54,978 nucleotides of DNA from Octopus sinensis (GCF_006345805.1 NW_021833767.1:1-54978), one strand, 5' to 3'. Shown: positions 1-12,099, numbered from the stretch's first letter. The notes: generated by a model from the sequence alone, not told the origin. Numbers and translations: made by a program.

Positions 1-223
1 ATTTACAAAAAAAAAAACAGAAGAATATATAAATAAAATAAAATAAGTAAAAAGAAAATTGGAAATGTAAAACAAAAGGGAAAAGAAGCGAAATCTCCTC
101 ACCACTTGACTGATTCTCGGAAAGGTAAAAACTCTTCACAGACACACCGAATTCGTTGCTATATTTATGTCGCATATCCATAGTCTTCTATTCTCAGAAC
201 GTAAATGATATCACACACAACCA

Positions 224-254
<31 letters not shown>

Positions 255-270
255 CCACACACACACATAT

Positions 271-315
<45 letters not shown>

Positions 316-317
<2 letters not shown>

Positions 318-483
318 AGTGGCTGTGTGGTAAGTAGCTTGCTAACCACCACAATGGTTGCGGGTTCAGTCCCACTGCGTGGCATCTTGGGCAAGTGTCT
401 TCTGCTATAGCCCCGGGCCGACCAATGCCTTGTGAGTGGATTGGTAGACCGAAAGTGAAAGAAGCCTGTCGTATATATGTATA

Positions 484-517
<34 letters not shown>

Positions 518-745
518 CTATATTGTAGTGTGTTTGTGTGTCTGTGTTTGTCCCCCTAGCTTGCTTGACAACCGATGCTGGTGTGTTTATGTCCCCGTTA
601 CTTAGCGGTTCGGCAAAAGAGACCGATAGAATAAGTACTGGGCTTACAAAAAGAATAAGTCCCGGGGTAGATTTGCTCGATTAAAGGTGGTGCTCCAGCA
701 TGGCCGCAGTCAAATGACTGAAACAAGTAACAGAGAAAGAGAAAA
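316..745 (+). mobile_element. SINE family A, full length (tRNA-like head, central (TA)n/(TG)n, AAAAGAG-type tail)
   Basis: A-box TGGCTGTGTGG, B-box GGTTCAGTCCC, then CATCTTGGGCAAGTG; colinear with many other copies in the window. Confidence 0.9.
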
Positions 746-1049
746 TATATATGTGTGTGTGTGTGTGTGTGTGTCTGTGTATAACAGTGTTGTATTGGTG
801 AGGGATTATCAATCCAGGTAAAATACTTTATAAGCTTTCTGGTTAGTACGCTAGGCTAACAATATTGTTCATATGAGTAAAGAACTCCCGGTACTCTTGT
901 GGGACGGGCTGAGGTTATAGTTCATCACCATTCTATATTGTACATCAACGGTTATATCCAGTATACGTTACTGTGTTGTAGAAAATTTGTCTGCAATATA
1001 ATACAGTATTATGTAATGACCATTACGTATGTTTTTTTTTATATGAATG

Positions 1050-1081
1050 TATAAATGTGTGTGTGATAAATGTATCTATTG

Positions 1082-1126
<45 letters not shown>

Positions 1127-1341
1127 ATACATGTATATATATGTCTATATATAAAATATCTAAAGCACATATATATATATATATATGTATATTTATAAAA
1201 TATCTAAAGTACAGATGTATATATAATATGTATATATATACCTGTATATATATTTATGTAAATGTACATTTGTATATATATACATGTATATAAATATGTA
1301 TATGTATATACATATGTGGTGTGTGTGTGTGTATATATATC

Positions 1342-1377
<36 letters not shown>

Positions 1378-1390
1378 ACATATACATAAT
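1050..1390. repeat. (TA)n/(TG)n compound microsatellite
   Basis: Direct reading. Confidence 0.9.
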
Positions 1391-2044
1391 GTATGCGTGG
1401 GTGTGTTTTCTCTGCTTAAGTCTGAAATGGTCAATGCGATGATCACACGATACACACGTTCCTTAGAAGCACTGCTGTAAACAGCGAAAGTGAGCTAGAA
1501 AGTTACATCTCAGTCGCATGTACATCTGATTTCAAGGTCCATCTTTGCCATGCGTCTTCCCTCTATGTACTTTAGCTGCGTTACTATGGCAACAGTCCAG
1601 ATACTTTTTGATCAGACCACGTATATAATATGACGGGTGTAAGTGGGAAAGGAATATTTTTATTTTGCCACTTGATTTAATAATTTGACGATCGTTTCGC
1701 CAAAATCATAAAAATATAATTCATATTAGTGTATAATAACTTACTCTATGCTTCCACTAGTTTATAAACGATAATGTACCTGACACCCTTTTTATTATTT
1801 TATAACCCATCTCCACTCTCACTACGTCTACCCACTGGTTTCTGTTTAATTAATATCAGTTAAATTATCGTTATATTGTGGATAACGACTGCTGAAATAA
1901 AGGTATTCATCTCATACCTCATAACTTCCTTTATATTATATATACTCCTCATGAAATATAATCCAATGATTGGGTGTGTTGGCTTTCAACTGCATAGTAC
2001 TCTACATTACACCTATGTATTCGTTTACCACGTGATCTGTAGCC

Positions 2045-2290
2045 TGGTCCCCTCTGTGTGTAGCCCCTTATGGGCAGTAAAGAAATAAATGACGTTAGCA
2101 TGCCGGACGAAATGCCTTGTGGCATTTCGTCTGTCTTTGTGCTCCGAGTTCAAATTCTACCACTGTCGACATTGCCTTTCATCCTTTCGGGGTCGATAAG
2201 TTAAGCACCAGTTGCGTGCTGGCGTCGATCTCATAGACTGGCCTCCTTCCGAAAAATTTCGGGCCTTGTGCCTAGATCAGAACGGAATAC
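2045..2290 (+). mobile_element. SINE family B, diverged (tail-1 fragment followed by a unit with tail 2)
   Basis: GAGTTCAAATTC B-box and GTCGACATTGCCTTTCATCCTTTCGGGGTCGATAA core. Confidence 0.8.
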
Positions 2291-3038
2291 TTACCATACG
2301 AATACCAAAACTACTGTGGGGAAAGAACGAATGTATTGGTAGGCGTAACTTCGAAATTACGTGCTTCCATAATGAATTTGAAATACCTCGGACTCAACTA
2401 GTGTATAGTCATCTATCATGTATGCCATAGATCATCTCTAATTCTACAGCGAAATAAAAGGCATTAATCAAGTAATTCAAACGCGGAAACAAACCAATCA
2501 CGCTCAATTTTCAAAATACATAACATGACATAGCATAAGATATATTATAATGTATTATAAAATTATATATGCATATATATATATATTGCAAAAAAAAATT
2601 GAAAATATGAATCAATAAAATCACGTGAGAGCAATTAGTGCTTCGGTGGTAAACACACCGACAATTTAATTAACAAACAATTGATAGGCTGTTGTGTTTC
2701 ATTTGTTTAAAATGGCGAGTTCACAACAAAACGTGATTAACGAACGCATGTACATATACTCGCTCAGCTTAGACGTGTAACGATCTGACTTCTACACACA
2801 CCCAAGCACAATATTATGATTATACTGATAATAATATAATTTTTTATTTTTATTATTAATACTATTGTTATTATCATCATCATTAATTTTATTACCATTA
2901 TTTTTGTCATACTGGGTTTATATTGTATTGTAAATATTGTAGACTGTACTAAGTATGCGTGTGTGTGTGTGCTTCTTAATGGATAACATATATATATAAA
3001 TATATATATATATTATTATTATTATGTATTATGTATTT

Positions 3039-3464
3039 GGAGTGGCTGTGTGGTAAGTAGCTTGCTTACGAACCACATGGTTCCGGGTTCAGTCCCACTG
3101 CGTGGCACCTTGGGCAAGTGTCTTCTACTATAGCCTCAGGCTGACCAAAGCCTTGTGAGTGGATTTAGTTGACGGAACTGTAAAGAGCCGTATACATATA
3201 TATATAATATTATATATATATATATATTATATATACAATATGTGTGTGTGTGTTTTGTGGTCTGTGTTTGTCACCGCAACACATCGCTTGACAACCGATA
3301 GCGGGTGTGTTACATCCCCGTAACTTAACGTTTTCGGCAAAAGGGACCGATAGAATAAGTACTACGCTTCCAAAGAATAAGTCCTGGGGTCGGTTAACTC
3401 GACTAAAGGCAGTTCTCCAGCATGGCCACAGTCAAATGACTGAAGCATGTAAAAGCGTAAAAGA
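3039..3464 (+). mobile_element. SINE family A, full length
   Basis: Colinear with 316-745. Confidence 0.9.
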
Positions 3465-4049
3465 TATATATATATATATGAGTTTGGTCTGTCTGTGTGT
3501 GCACGTACGTGTTGTGCGTATACGATCTCGCAGTATATATACGTCTTTATATGTGGACGTCTTTTATTTATAGAAAGAATATATATAAGTATACACACAC
3601 ACACACACACATGTATACACATAGACAATTACATAAATACATATGTATGCATTTAAGATGTATTTACTTACTGATGTGTGCGCATGTTCTGTATGAGGCA
3701 TGGTTGTGTCTTTTATGAGTAATAATTGTCTGCAATATATTCAAGGCTTATAATTAATTCTGCAAATCACAGGTGTAGCTTGTATGAATATATATATTTC
3801 ATTGTATTGAATATCCTTCAAACATATCATTTCACAGTGTTTATTTTTCCTCAAGCTTCTTTCATCTTTAACTTCCGGTAACTGTATGTAAACATTAACG
3901 TCATTTTACAGAGAACTTCCTTTTACATCCGCCACCATTTTACCTCCGTGTCCCTTTAACGTCTTCCATCCTGTCGCTGCCTGCCTCACATCCCCGTATA
4001 TCTTACTCTTCAGTCTCTCTCCGTTTGTTCCTTCCATTCCTGTAAGTGT

Positions 4050-4599
4050 GCATGTGTAAATATATATATATATATATATGCACTTTTATATATGTATATA
4101 TATATACCCATAAATATATATGTATGTATACACACATATATATGTATAATATATATATATATATATATATATAAATGTATATATACACACATATATTTAC
4201 ACACATACACATGTATATATGTATATATATAAATAAATGTATATATACATTTATGATATATATTTGACATATTATATGTACGTGTATTTATATATGTATA
4301 TATATATGTATATATATATACATACGTATATATACATTTATGTTATATATTTGATATATTTATATGTATGTATAGTTACGTGTATATATTTATATGCATA
4401 TATATAAATATATATATATATGTGTATGTATATATATGTATATATATGTATTTGAAGATATGTATGTATATATATGTATATATATGTATATATATATGTA
4501 TATATATGTATTTGAAGATATGTATGTATATATGTATATATATATAAAATTACATCTATATACATTCACTCACACGCATGAACACTTAAATACCAACCT

Positions 4600-4633
<34 letters not shown>

Positions 4634-4660
4634 TTATATATATATATATCCATGTATATC
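4050..4660. repeat. Degenerate (TA)n/(TATG)n low-complexity tract
   Basis: Direct reading; includes a duplicated ATATATGTATTTGAAGATATG unit. Confidence 0.9.
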
Positions 4661-5296
4661 CTGTAGGTGTGTAGCAAAGTGTCTGAGAGGTAATATGACC
4701 ATACCCGTGTCTGTGTTTGTTGCATGCTTGCCTTCGTTTACATGTATTCGTGTATTTTTTTCTATTTATGAATTTGATTGATGTGTTTTATATAAATAAA
4801 TAGAGAAAACATTTATTTATTGTAATATATACTGGAAACTCCCGTTAGAAAACCTTTTTCATGTTACACAAACTAACGTTGTATATATATTTACACTTCA
4901 CAAGAAATAGCAACAGCGCTTAGTACGACAGCAATGCACTATGTTAAGTCATTAATTACAAGCAATGTACTTCAGATTCGTTTTTTGTTGTTTTTACTCT
5001 CTCTCTCTGAAGCGGGAAAATTATTTGCTCGCGTTTCACCGGATGTGGTCTTCCCCTGTTCAAGACAGCGTCACTTTTAAACTTGGAACCGTATTTTAAA
5101 TGTCGATGTTATTACGTTAACTTCAATGGTTTGCTTTCTATTTGGAGCATAGAAAAATAACGTCGATAGAATTTGAGGCTGCATATAAATGGTCAATGCT
5201 GTTACGTTTTGCTTTCTTCTTCGGGTATTGAACATCATCCATAGACCGTGAAACCGCATTTAAATTGTCACCGTTATTACGCTAACCATTTACTTA

Positions 5297-5852
5297 GTGA
5301 GCTGGCAGAATCGTTAGCACGCCGGGCGAAATGCTTAGCGGTATTTCGTCTGCCGCTACGGTCTGAGTTCAAATTCCGCCGAGGTCGACTTTGCCTTTCA
5401 TCCTTTCGGGATCGATAAATTAAGTACCAGTTACGCACTGGGGTCGATATAATCGACTTAATCCGTTTGTCTATCCTTATCTGTCTCCTCTGTGTTTAGA
5501 AATAGGTATTTCGTCTGCCGCTACGTTCTGAGTTCAAATTCCGCCGAGGTCGACTTTGCCTTTCGTCCTTTCGGGGTCGGTAAATTAAGTACCATTTACG
5601 CACTGGGTTCGATATATTTGACTTAATCCGTTTGTCTATCCTTATCTGTCTCCTCTGTGTTTAGCCCCTTGTGGGTAGTAAGGAAATAGGTATTACGTCT
5701 GCCTTTACGTTCTGAGTTCAAATTCCGCCAAGGTCGACTTCACCTTTTATCCTTTTGGGGTCGATAACATAGATACCAGTCAAGCACTGAGTTCAATGTA
5801 ATCGACTATTCCCCTCCTCCAAATTTCAGGCCTTGGGCTTCCAGTATAAAGG
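5297..5852 (+). mobile_element. SINE family B tandem trimer (one headed unit plus two headless units)
   Basis: GGTATT(T/A)CGTCTGCC restarts at 5340, 5505 and 5689; last unit ends in the alternative tail. Confidence 0.9.
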
Positions 5853-6424
5853 TTATTGCGTTAACCATTGACGCTTTACTTTCCATTGGGGGATATACAC
5901 AAACAATGCAACCCGTTTTTGATTGTACATTTTTTATCAAACACAAACTTCGAATAGGTTTGTTAGCTGTGGACACAATGATGTCGTTGTTTTGTGCAAA
6001 ATATTTCGTTGAAGGATGCAAGCATTTATGTGTGGTTAAGGAGTCTGCATTGCAAATAGGTGTGTTTGGCTTCAGTGCTATTGTGCAGGATCTTGGTCAA
6101 AGGAAATCTGTTATAGCACCGATTCCATAGATGCTCTCTGAGTGAATTTGTTAGAAAGAAACCTTTGGGAAACCCGTCGTATATGTTTGTGTGTCTTTGT
6201 CCTCATTACCGTTTGACAAGCAATGTTGAAATAGTCACGTCCCTCAAACCTAGCTGTTCCGCAAAAAGAAATCCTTACCTCGAGTAATCAACTCAAACAT
6301 AATTAATGGAAGCGACTTATGCGATTAAAGACTTTAACTCGCTTTCCCAGCATACCCGCCGCCCAGTTAAATTAACTAAAGCATAAAAGGTAATATGTTT
6401 GTGTATGTATACGCATGCATACAT

Positions 6425-6481
<57 letters not shown>

Positions 6482-7063
6482 TAATCCTTACACCTAAGAT
6501 TATAAACTTGCTAATATATATCTTATTAGTGAGATAACCTAATGTACTTTCGAAAATATTTCAAAGTGGAACCAATTAACGATTCAAATTTCTTTACGAA
6601 ATATGATAAATTAGCTACATTGTGGCCTTGCCAAACATCATACGTTATTCAGTGTTTCTTTACTGCTGTTTCGAATACGTTAACTGTAAAAGGAACAAAG
6701 AAAAGGATTCTTGCACCCTTCCAGGAAATCTTACTCTTTTTTTTTTCTTTCGTGATTTCTAATTTCATTTCCCTGCACGCATATGTCAGTGTAGTCATTA
6801 AATCAAATGGGTAATTTGCGCTGTGAGAAAATAGTTCCTATTCACGAATTAATTGCCTTTTTTTCCTGTTGAGGGCATTAAATTAAGACATTTCAGATTT
6901 CCTAACAGTACATCAGGACACTACAACTAAAAGAAGTTTAATGTTATTCAAATAGATTCTGTTTTACATTTGCTTATGATAAAACAATGAGTTTGATCAG
7001 TTTACTTAGTAGTTACCACTCAAATAGTACTCTAGTTGAGAACTTTATAGATGAGATTTAAAT

Positions 7064-7239
7064 TGTTGAAGACGAGTTGAAGAATGATAGAAGTAGAAGA
7101 GGAATGAGATACGGACTTCTGAGATACTCTGAGCTATATGAACAGTCAAGAGAGGCCCTTGCTGTCCCCACCGAGAAAATAAAAAATACACAGTCCAACC
7201 TGCTCATCTTTTACGACAGTGTTTCTCAAACAAGGATCC
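7064..7239 (+). repeat. Low-copy segment, inverted duplicate of 17952-18126
   Basis: TTGTTGAAGACGAGTTGAA...GTGTTTCTCAAACAAGGATCC matches the reverse complement of 17952-18126. Confidence 0.85.
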
Positions 7240-7827
7240 CTATCAAATTATTACACATCATAGCAGGTTCCTGGTTCTCATATCTTAAATTGTAGATGGC
7301 AGCTGAAAATAAATTTCAGATAACTTATTTTTGAGTCTGCTCTATAAGAATGGACTTACCCTTGTCGTGTTCGGCTTGTCTGAGAGGAGAGAGGCTGATT
7401 ACATTAATATACCACTTCAAGTACTAGAAGTCGACGGCCACAGGAAAATCGAGCGAACGAAGGATATAAGAACGGGCCGAGATTTTGGGAACACAGATAG
7501 AAGGAAGACTTGGTCGGGACCTGATATTGACGCAATGAATGGATACGGAAGTTTTAATGAAATTGGTGCAAAAACAAGCAACTCTCTCGAGCACAGTCTA
7601 TTTTAGTAGCAACAGAATAAGAACAGCGACGAAGCAGTATATTCATAGGTCAGTGTCCGTTAGTATATTCACCAAAGTGTACTTTGTTTGCTGTCATGAG
7701 TGCCTGTATACTGTTGTGCGTACCATCATACGCCGTTAATGAAGGACCTAAGATATCTGGCATGACCCGCATCAACATTTGTGTACAACATCAACATGTA
7801 TTATATGGTAATTACCCTATAATCTAC

Positions 7828-8145
7828 TAGCAAGTGAAATAAATAACTGCTTCTAAATTAAGCGAAAGGAGAGCAATAAGGGTGTGTAGGAGGTTAGTCG
7901 ATTAGATCTAGTCCAGGTCGCGATTGGTCCTTTAATTTATCGACCTCACATCGATGAAAGACGATTTTGATCTGGACGAGATTTTAAAATCTGACCTCGG
8001 TGGTGTTCAAAATCAATAAATTATGCAATAAAATTTAAAATCAACTAATTGTCCTTTATTCCATTGTTAGGTTCGATTAATTCATCAACGACTTAGAACT
8101 GTTATTCTGTCGATCGGTTAGTTGATAGGTTTGTCGTTCAATCGA
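7828..8145 (+). repeat. Low-copy segment, direct duplicate of 11330-11598
   Basis: Shared TAGCAAGTGAAATAAATAA, CAAAATCAATAAATTATGCAATAAAATTTAAAAT and TTGATAGGTTTGTCGTTC. Confidence 0.8.
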
Positions 8146-8275
8146 TCTCTTGGCTGGCTGTTTGGTTTGTAGGATAGCAAATACGCTGAATATGCTGGTT
8201 TATAATTTACAATAGTTGGTTTGACTGAACTAACATATGAACCACAGAAGCACACATATCACACACTCAAACATT

Positions 8276-8484
8276 TATCGCCATGTTGATTCGCTAGCTT
8301 CTGCACGCATTTTTTTTCTCTCCTTGTTTCTCTCCGTGTTTCTTTTGTGTATCTTTCTGTTGAAGAGCGTAGGCTCGAAACGTAAAAGACTTGCTTTATT
8401 TATATTCCTGAGCGCCATACTAATACAATTGTTTGATTGTATTCCACCTGCCTTCGTCTTTCGTTTATTTTCATAAAGCTTCCC
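8276..8484 (+). mobile_element. Hammerhead-bearing short element, family E1, copy 1
   Basis: Colinear with 19735-19907, 24291-24484 and 54410-54590; ends in (TA)n. Confidence 0.8.
8352..8389 (+). ncRNA. Minimal type I hammerhead-like fold, variant core CUGUUGA
   Basis: UCUUU/AAAGA helix I, extra A, GAGC-GUAG-GCUC helix II, GAA, ACGU palindrome, GUA triplet (H17=8384). Confidence 0.55.
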
Positions 8485-8727
8485 GTTATATATATATGTC
8501 CCTGTTACCAAAGACTGTATATATGTAATGTAGCAATTTGCAAGAACCAATAATTAACGCAACCAAACTTCTACATGTTACTTTTGACAATTTTTTTCCA
8601 AAGAGTGAAACCGGTAAAGTAAAAATAAACATCTTTTAAATTGCATTTTCAAACCTTCTTTCGTATATATATATATATATATAAAAACATATATTCTTGT
8701 AGACATAGGTATATATATATATATATA

Positions 8728-8970
8728 TAGTGTACATTTAAAGACATAAGAGGTATCAATTATAAGATACTTGGTATGCGAGATGAGATGGCCAAAATCC
8801 AAACCACTATGAGGGATAAATTTCGAAGGGAATGAAAAATAAAAACATTTACCATTTATTTCCTGGACCATGGTTTCTGACTTTAAATTAGCAAATTAAA
8901 TTTTGGCTATTCCTTCTAGCGTGCTAGGTATCCTATGATTGATACCTCTTATGTGTTTAAATGTACACTG
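8728..8970. mobile_element. MITE-like element with about 70-bp imperfect TIRs (Tc1/mariner-like CAGTGTAC end)
   Basis: AGTGTACATTTAAAGACATAAGAGGTATCAATTATAAGATAC versus its reverse complement near 8929-8969 has 3 mismatches in 42; weaker match extends to GCCAAAAT. Confidence 0.7.
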
Positions 8971-9156
8971 AATTTATATGAATGATATATAGTCTATTGA
9001 CTAATTTTTCTATACGGTAGGCGCCAGTGGTAGAAAGAATTTCTAAATTTTTTTTTACCCTGATATTATTAATTATATACATATACACACACACACACAC
9101 CACACACACACACATCTATAGACACATATACACACGCACATACATATATTTTATAC

Positions 9157-9267
9157 TGTAGGCACAAGGCCCAAAATTTTTGGGAAGCGTGGGGCAGTCT
9201 GTTAGATCAACGCCAGTACGCAACTCGACTTCATTTATCGACCTCGAAAGGATGAAAGGCAAAGTCT
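9157..9267 (-). mobile_element. SINE family B 3' fragment (tail 2)
   Basis: TTTATCGACCTCGAAAGGATGAAAGGCAAAGTC. Confidence 0.7.
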
Positions 9268-9604
9268 TAGTTCAAAAGAAAAGTTGACAGGAAAGAAATT
9301 TAGACAGCAGTGGAATTTTACATTTAAAGTAGAAGAACTGGCTAAACCCGCAATAAAAGATCACCGCTGCCAAATCTTCTACATAGCTCCTCACCTTCTC
9401 ACTTAACCTGCATGGATATCTCAAGGATATCTCATATCTTCACTTGCATATCTGGAGTTGAGATATTGGTTGATAACCCTAAACCGCAGGCAGAGGCAGG
9501 ATATCACTGTAAGGTTTAGAATGAGTGCCCTGTGAATGAAAAATATATCACAAAGTCTGCGGTTTTTAAAGCAGAAATAGAGGCTATTAATAATGAGGAA
9601 ACGG

Positions 9605-9850
9605 CGCATCATAGATAGATAGATGGAGAGATGGATGGATAGATAGATACACAGATAGACAGATAAATAGATGAATGGATAGATAGATAGATAGATAGAT
9701 AGGCAGACAGATAAATAGATAGATAAATAGACAGACAGATAAAGAAATAGATGAATAGAGAGATAGATAGACAGAAAGATAAAGAAATAGATGGAGAGAG
9801 ATAGATAGATAGATAAAGAAATAAATGAATGGATAGGTAGGTAGGTAGGT
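9605..9850. repeat. (GATA)n/(GACA)n/(GGTA)n compound microsatellite
   Basis: Direct reading. Confidence 0.9.
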
Positions 9851-10109
9851 AGAGAGACACACGGACAGACATTCATACATGCACACACACGTATACACAC
9901 AAGCTGATGCACACGTATATACGGGCAAATACCCATATTTACACATACACTATTAATATACTAGTGATGCAAGTATATGCCATCACTTACAGATGACACC
10001 AGCTTCTGTCTCATATTTATGAGTGATTTTAAATTAAAATTTAATCAACGTTGAAAGACTGAAGGAAAAAAAAAATTAGTCAACACTTGAGTAGACACTA
10101 AATATTTTA

Positions 10110-10290
10110 TTTAGCAATACAAGGAGATGGTAATATTATTTACATTTGACGGATATTTGTCCTCATCTTGTTTGTTGTTAACACAACGTTTCGGCTGATA
10201 TACCAACCAGCCTTCATCAGGTGTTTTGGGAAAATTTCGAACCTGAGTTCTCATTCCTGAGGTATTTTTCGATGTTATTATTATTACTGT
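10110..10290 (-). mobile_element. Hammerhead-bearing short element, family E2 (Penelope-like terminal repeat-derived?)
   Basis: Contains the hammerhead at 10180-10225; bounded by an (ATT)n run; outer boundaries uncertain. Confidence 0.55.
10180..10225 (-). ncRNA. Minimal type I hammerhead ribozyme, canonical core
   Basis: Minus strand AACAC CUGAUGA A GGCUG [10 nt] CAGCC GAA ACGU U GUGUU; all helices perfectly paired; H17=10185. Confidence 0.75.
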
Positions 10291-10291
10291 G

Positions 10292-10551
10292 GAGGCACGT
10301 GGCTTAGTGGTTAGGGTGTCAGCACCATGATCGTAAGATTGTGGTTTCGATTCCTGTACCGGGCTACGCGTTGTGTTCTTGAGCAAAACACTTCAGTTCA
10401 CGTGGCTCCAGTCCACTCAGCTGGCAAAAATGAGTAACGCTGCGATGGACTGGTGTCCCATCCAGCTGGAGAACACATACGCTATAGAAACCGGGAAACC
10501 GGGCCCATGAACCTGGCTAGGCTTTAAAAGGGCGCATTTATTATTATTATT
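10292..10551 (+). mobile_element. SINE family C (tRNA head, V-domain-like middle, (ATT)n tail)
   Basis: TGGCTTAGTGG A-box, GGTTTCGATTCC B-box, GCGATGGACTGGTGTCCCATCCAG resembling the V-SINE domain as I recall it. Confidence 0.75.
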
Positions 10552-10557
10552 GTTGCT

Positions 10558-10622
10558 TGAAATCGAACTTGGAATCTTGGGGTTAGTAGCCCGCGCTCTT
10601 AACCACTGCGCCATATGCCCGT
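10558..10622 (-). mobile_element. Truncated tRNA-derived SINE head (family D); not an intact tRNA
   Basis: Minus strand TGGCGCAGTGGTTAAG...AGTTCGATT, truncated after the B-box with no acceptor stem partner. Confidence 0.65.
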
Positions 10623-10917
10623 GGTAACTTCGAAGTTTCTTCAGCAACCGCTGGGAAAATATGAAAAATAAAAAAAAGAAATTAAGAAACATTTTGAATG
10701 ACAGAATGAATTTGAAAAGATATAAATTTATACCTATGTAGATACATATTCAATCGCGCGAACATACATTCAGTAACACACGCATCGGATGCTGTCATGA
10801 GAGTCCGCAGGCTGTCGCGTGTTCCGTGAAATCTTAATGGAAGGCCTAAGTGATGTGGTATGACTTACTGCTATACAACATCAATATAATTATATATTAA
10901 TTGCCCTATAAAGTCTT

Positions 10918-11328
10918 TACTCTTTTACTCTTTTACTTGTTTCAGTCATTTGACTGCGGCCATGCTGGAGCACCGCCTTTAGTCGAGCAACTCGAACCCG
11001 GGACTTATTCCTTTTGTAAGCCCAGTAGTTATTCTATCGGTCTCTCTTTGCCGAACCGCTAAGTGACGGGGACGTAAACACACCAGCATCGGTTGTCAAG
11101 CAGTGCTAGGGGAACAGACACACAAACACACACACATACATATATATAAATATATATATATATACGACAGGCTTCTTTCAGTTTCCGTCTACCAAATCCA
11201 CTCACAAGGCATTGGTCGGCCCGGGGCTATAGCAAAAGACACTTCCCCAAGATGCCACGCAGTGGGACTGAACCCGGAACCATATGGTCGGTTAGCAAGC
11301 TACTTACCACACAGCCACTCCTGCGCCT
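10918..11328 (-). mobile_element. SINE family A, full length
   Basis: Reverse complement colinear with 316-745. Confidence 0.9.
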
Positions 11329-11329
11329 A

Positions 11330-11598
11330 TAGCAAGTGAAATAAATAATTGTTGCAAAGGTAAGAGAGAGGCTAGTAGTCGTGCGTGTAGGGGGTTAGTC
11401 AGATCTAGCCCAGGTCGCGATTGGACCTCGTCAGCATTTTCAATTCTGACCCCGATGGTGCTCAAAATCAATAAATTATGCAATAAAATTTAAAATGAAT
11501 TAATTGTCCTTTATTCTGCTGTTGTGTTCGTTTAAATGGTCGTTGATTCAGAACGGTGGTTCTTTCAATCGGTTAATTGATAGGTTTGTCGTTCGATC
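11330..11598 (+). repeat. Direct duplicate of 7828-8145
   Basis: See 7828-8145; this copy lacks the internal SINE-B-like core. Confidence 0.8.
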
Positions 11599-11665
11599 AC
11601 ACACACACACACACAAACAGAAATAGTGGAAGTGCGTGGTTTATATACACGCATATTCATGCATG

Positions 11666-11845
11666 GTCCCTGAAGACGGACGAAATGCCGCTATGCTTTT
11701 TGCTCGCTATTCTCACCGCCTTACTATGGTATAGCACAGTGGCATAAATTACTATTTGCTCAATATGCCGATTAGTAAAATCGAACTACGTCCCATTTGT
11801 CTCTGAGGTGAAGCCGTTAATCACTTAGCCATGCTTATACCAACG
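11666..11845 (-). repeat. 180-bp inverted duplicate of 16006-16185
   Basis: Manual alignment: about 12 substitutions, no indels. Confidence 0.9.
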
Positions 11846-12099
11846 GACTCCTACTTAAAGAGTTTGGGAATCATGTCTCGTTGCTCAGGCAGGCACAAGA
11901 GTAGAAGGCACATGTTCAAGGTTCCTTGCAATGGAATCATTACTGGTAGCACGTGCATGCAAATCTCTTTATCAGAGACCTATTTTATATCGGTAAACCA
12001 GTCTTTACACATATTGTGTATGTCTCGTTTCCTTGTCAAGCATTTGTCATTAGAGTTGGAGAAGTAACTCACCTTTATATTTTCAGCAAACAATGGTTG

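Noticed and set aside
5297-5852. CRISPR-like or other prokaryotic repeat array
   Set aside because: Units are SINE copies without unique spacers; the context is eukaryotic.
7085-7480. RTE LINE remnant (RRGMRYGLLR; VDGHRKIERT)
   Set aside because: Motif spacing is far too long and the similarity is weak.
10558-10622. tRNA gene
   Set aside because: Truncated just after the B-box with no acceptor stem; treated as a SINE head.
11666-11690. CTGAAGA CGGAC GAAA hammerhead
   Set aside because: Antisense of the SINE B head; helix II does not pair.
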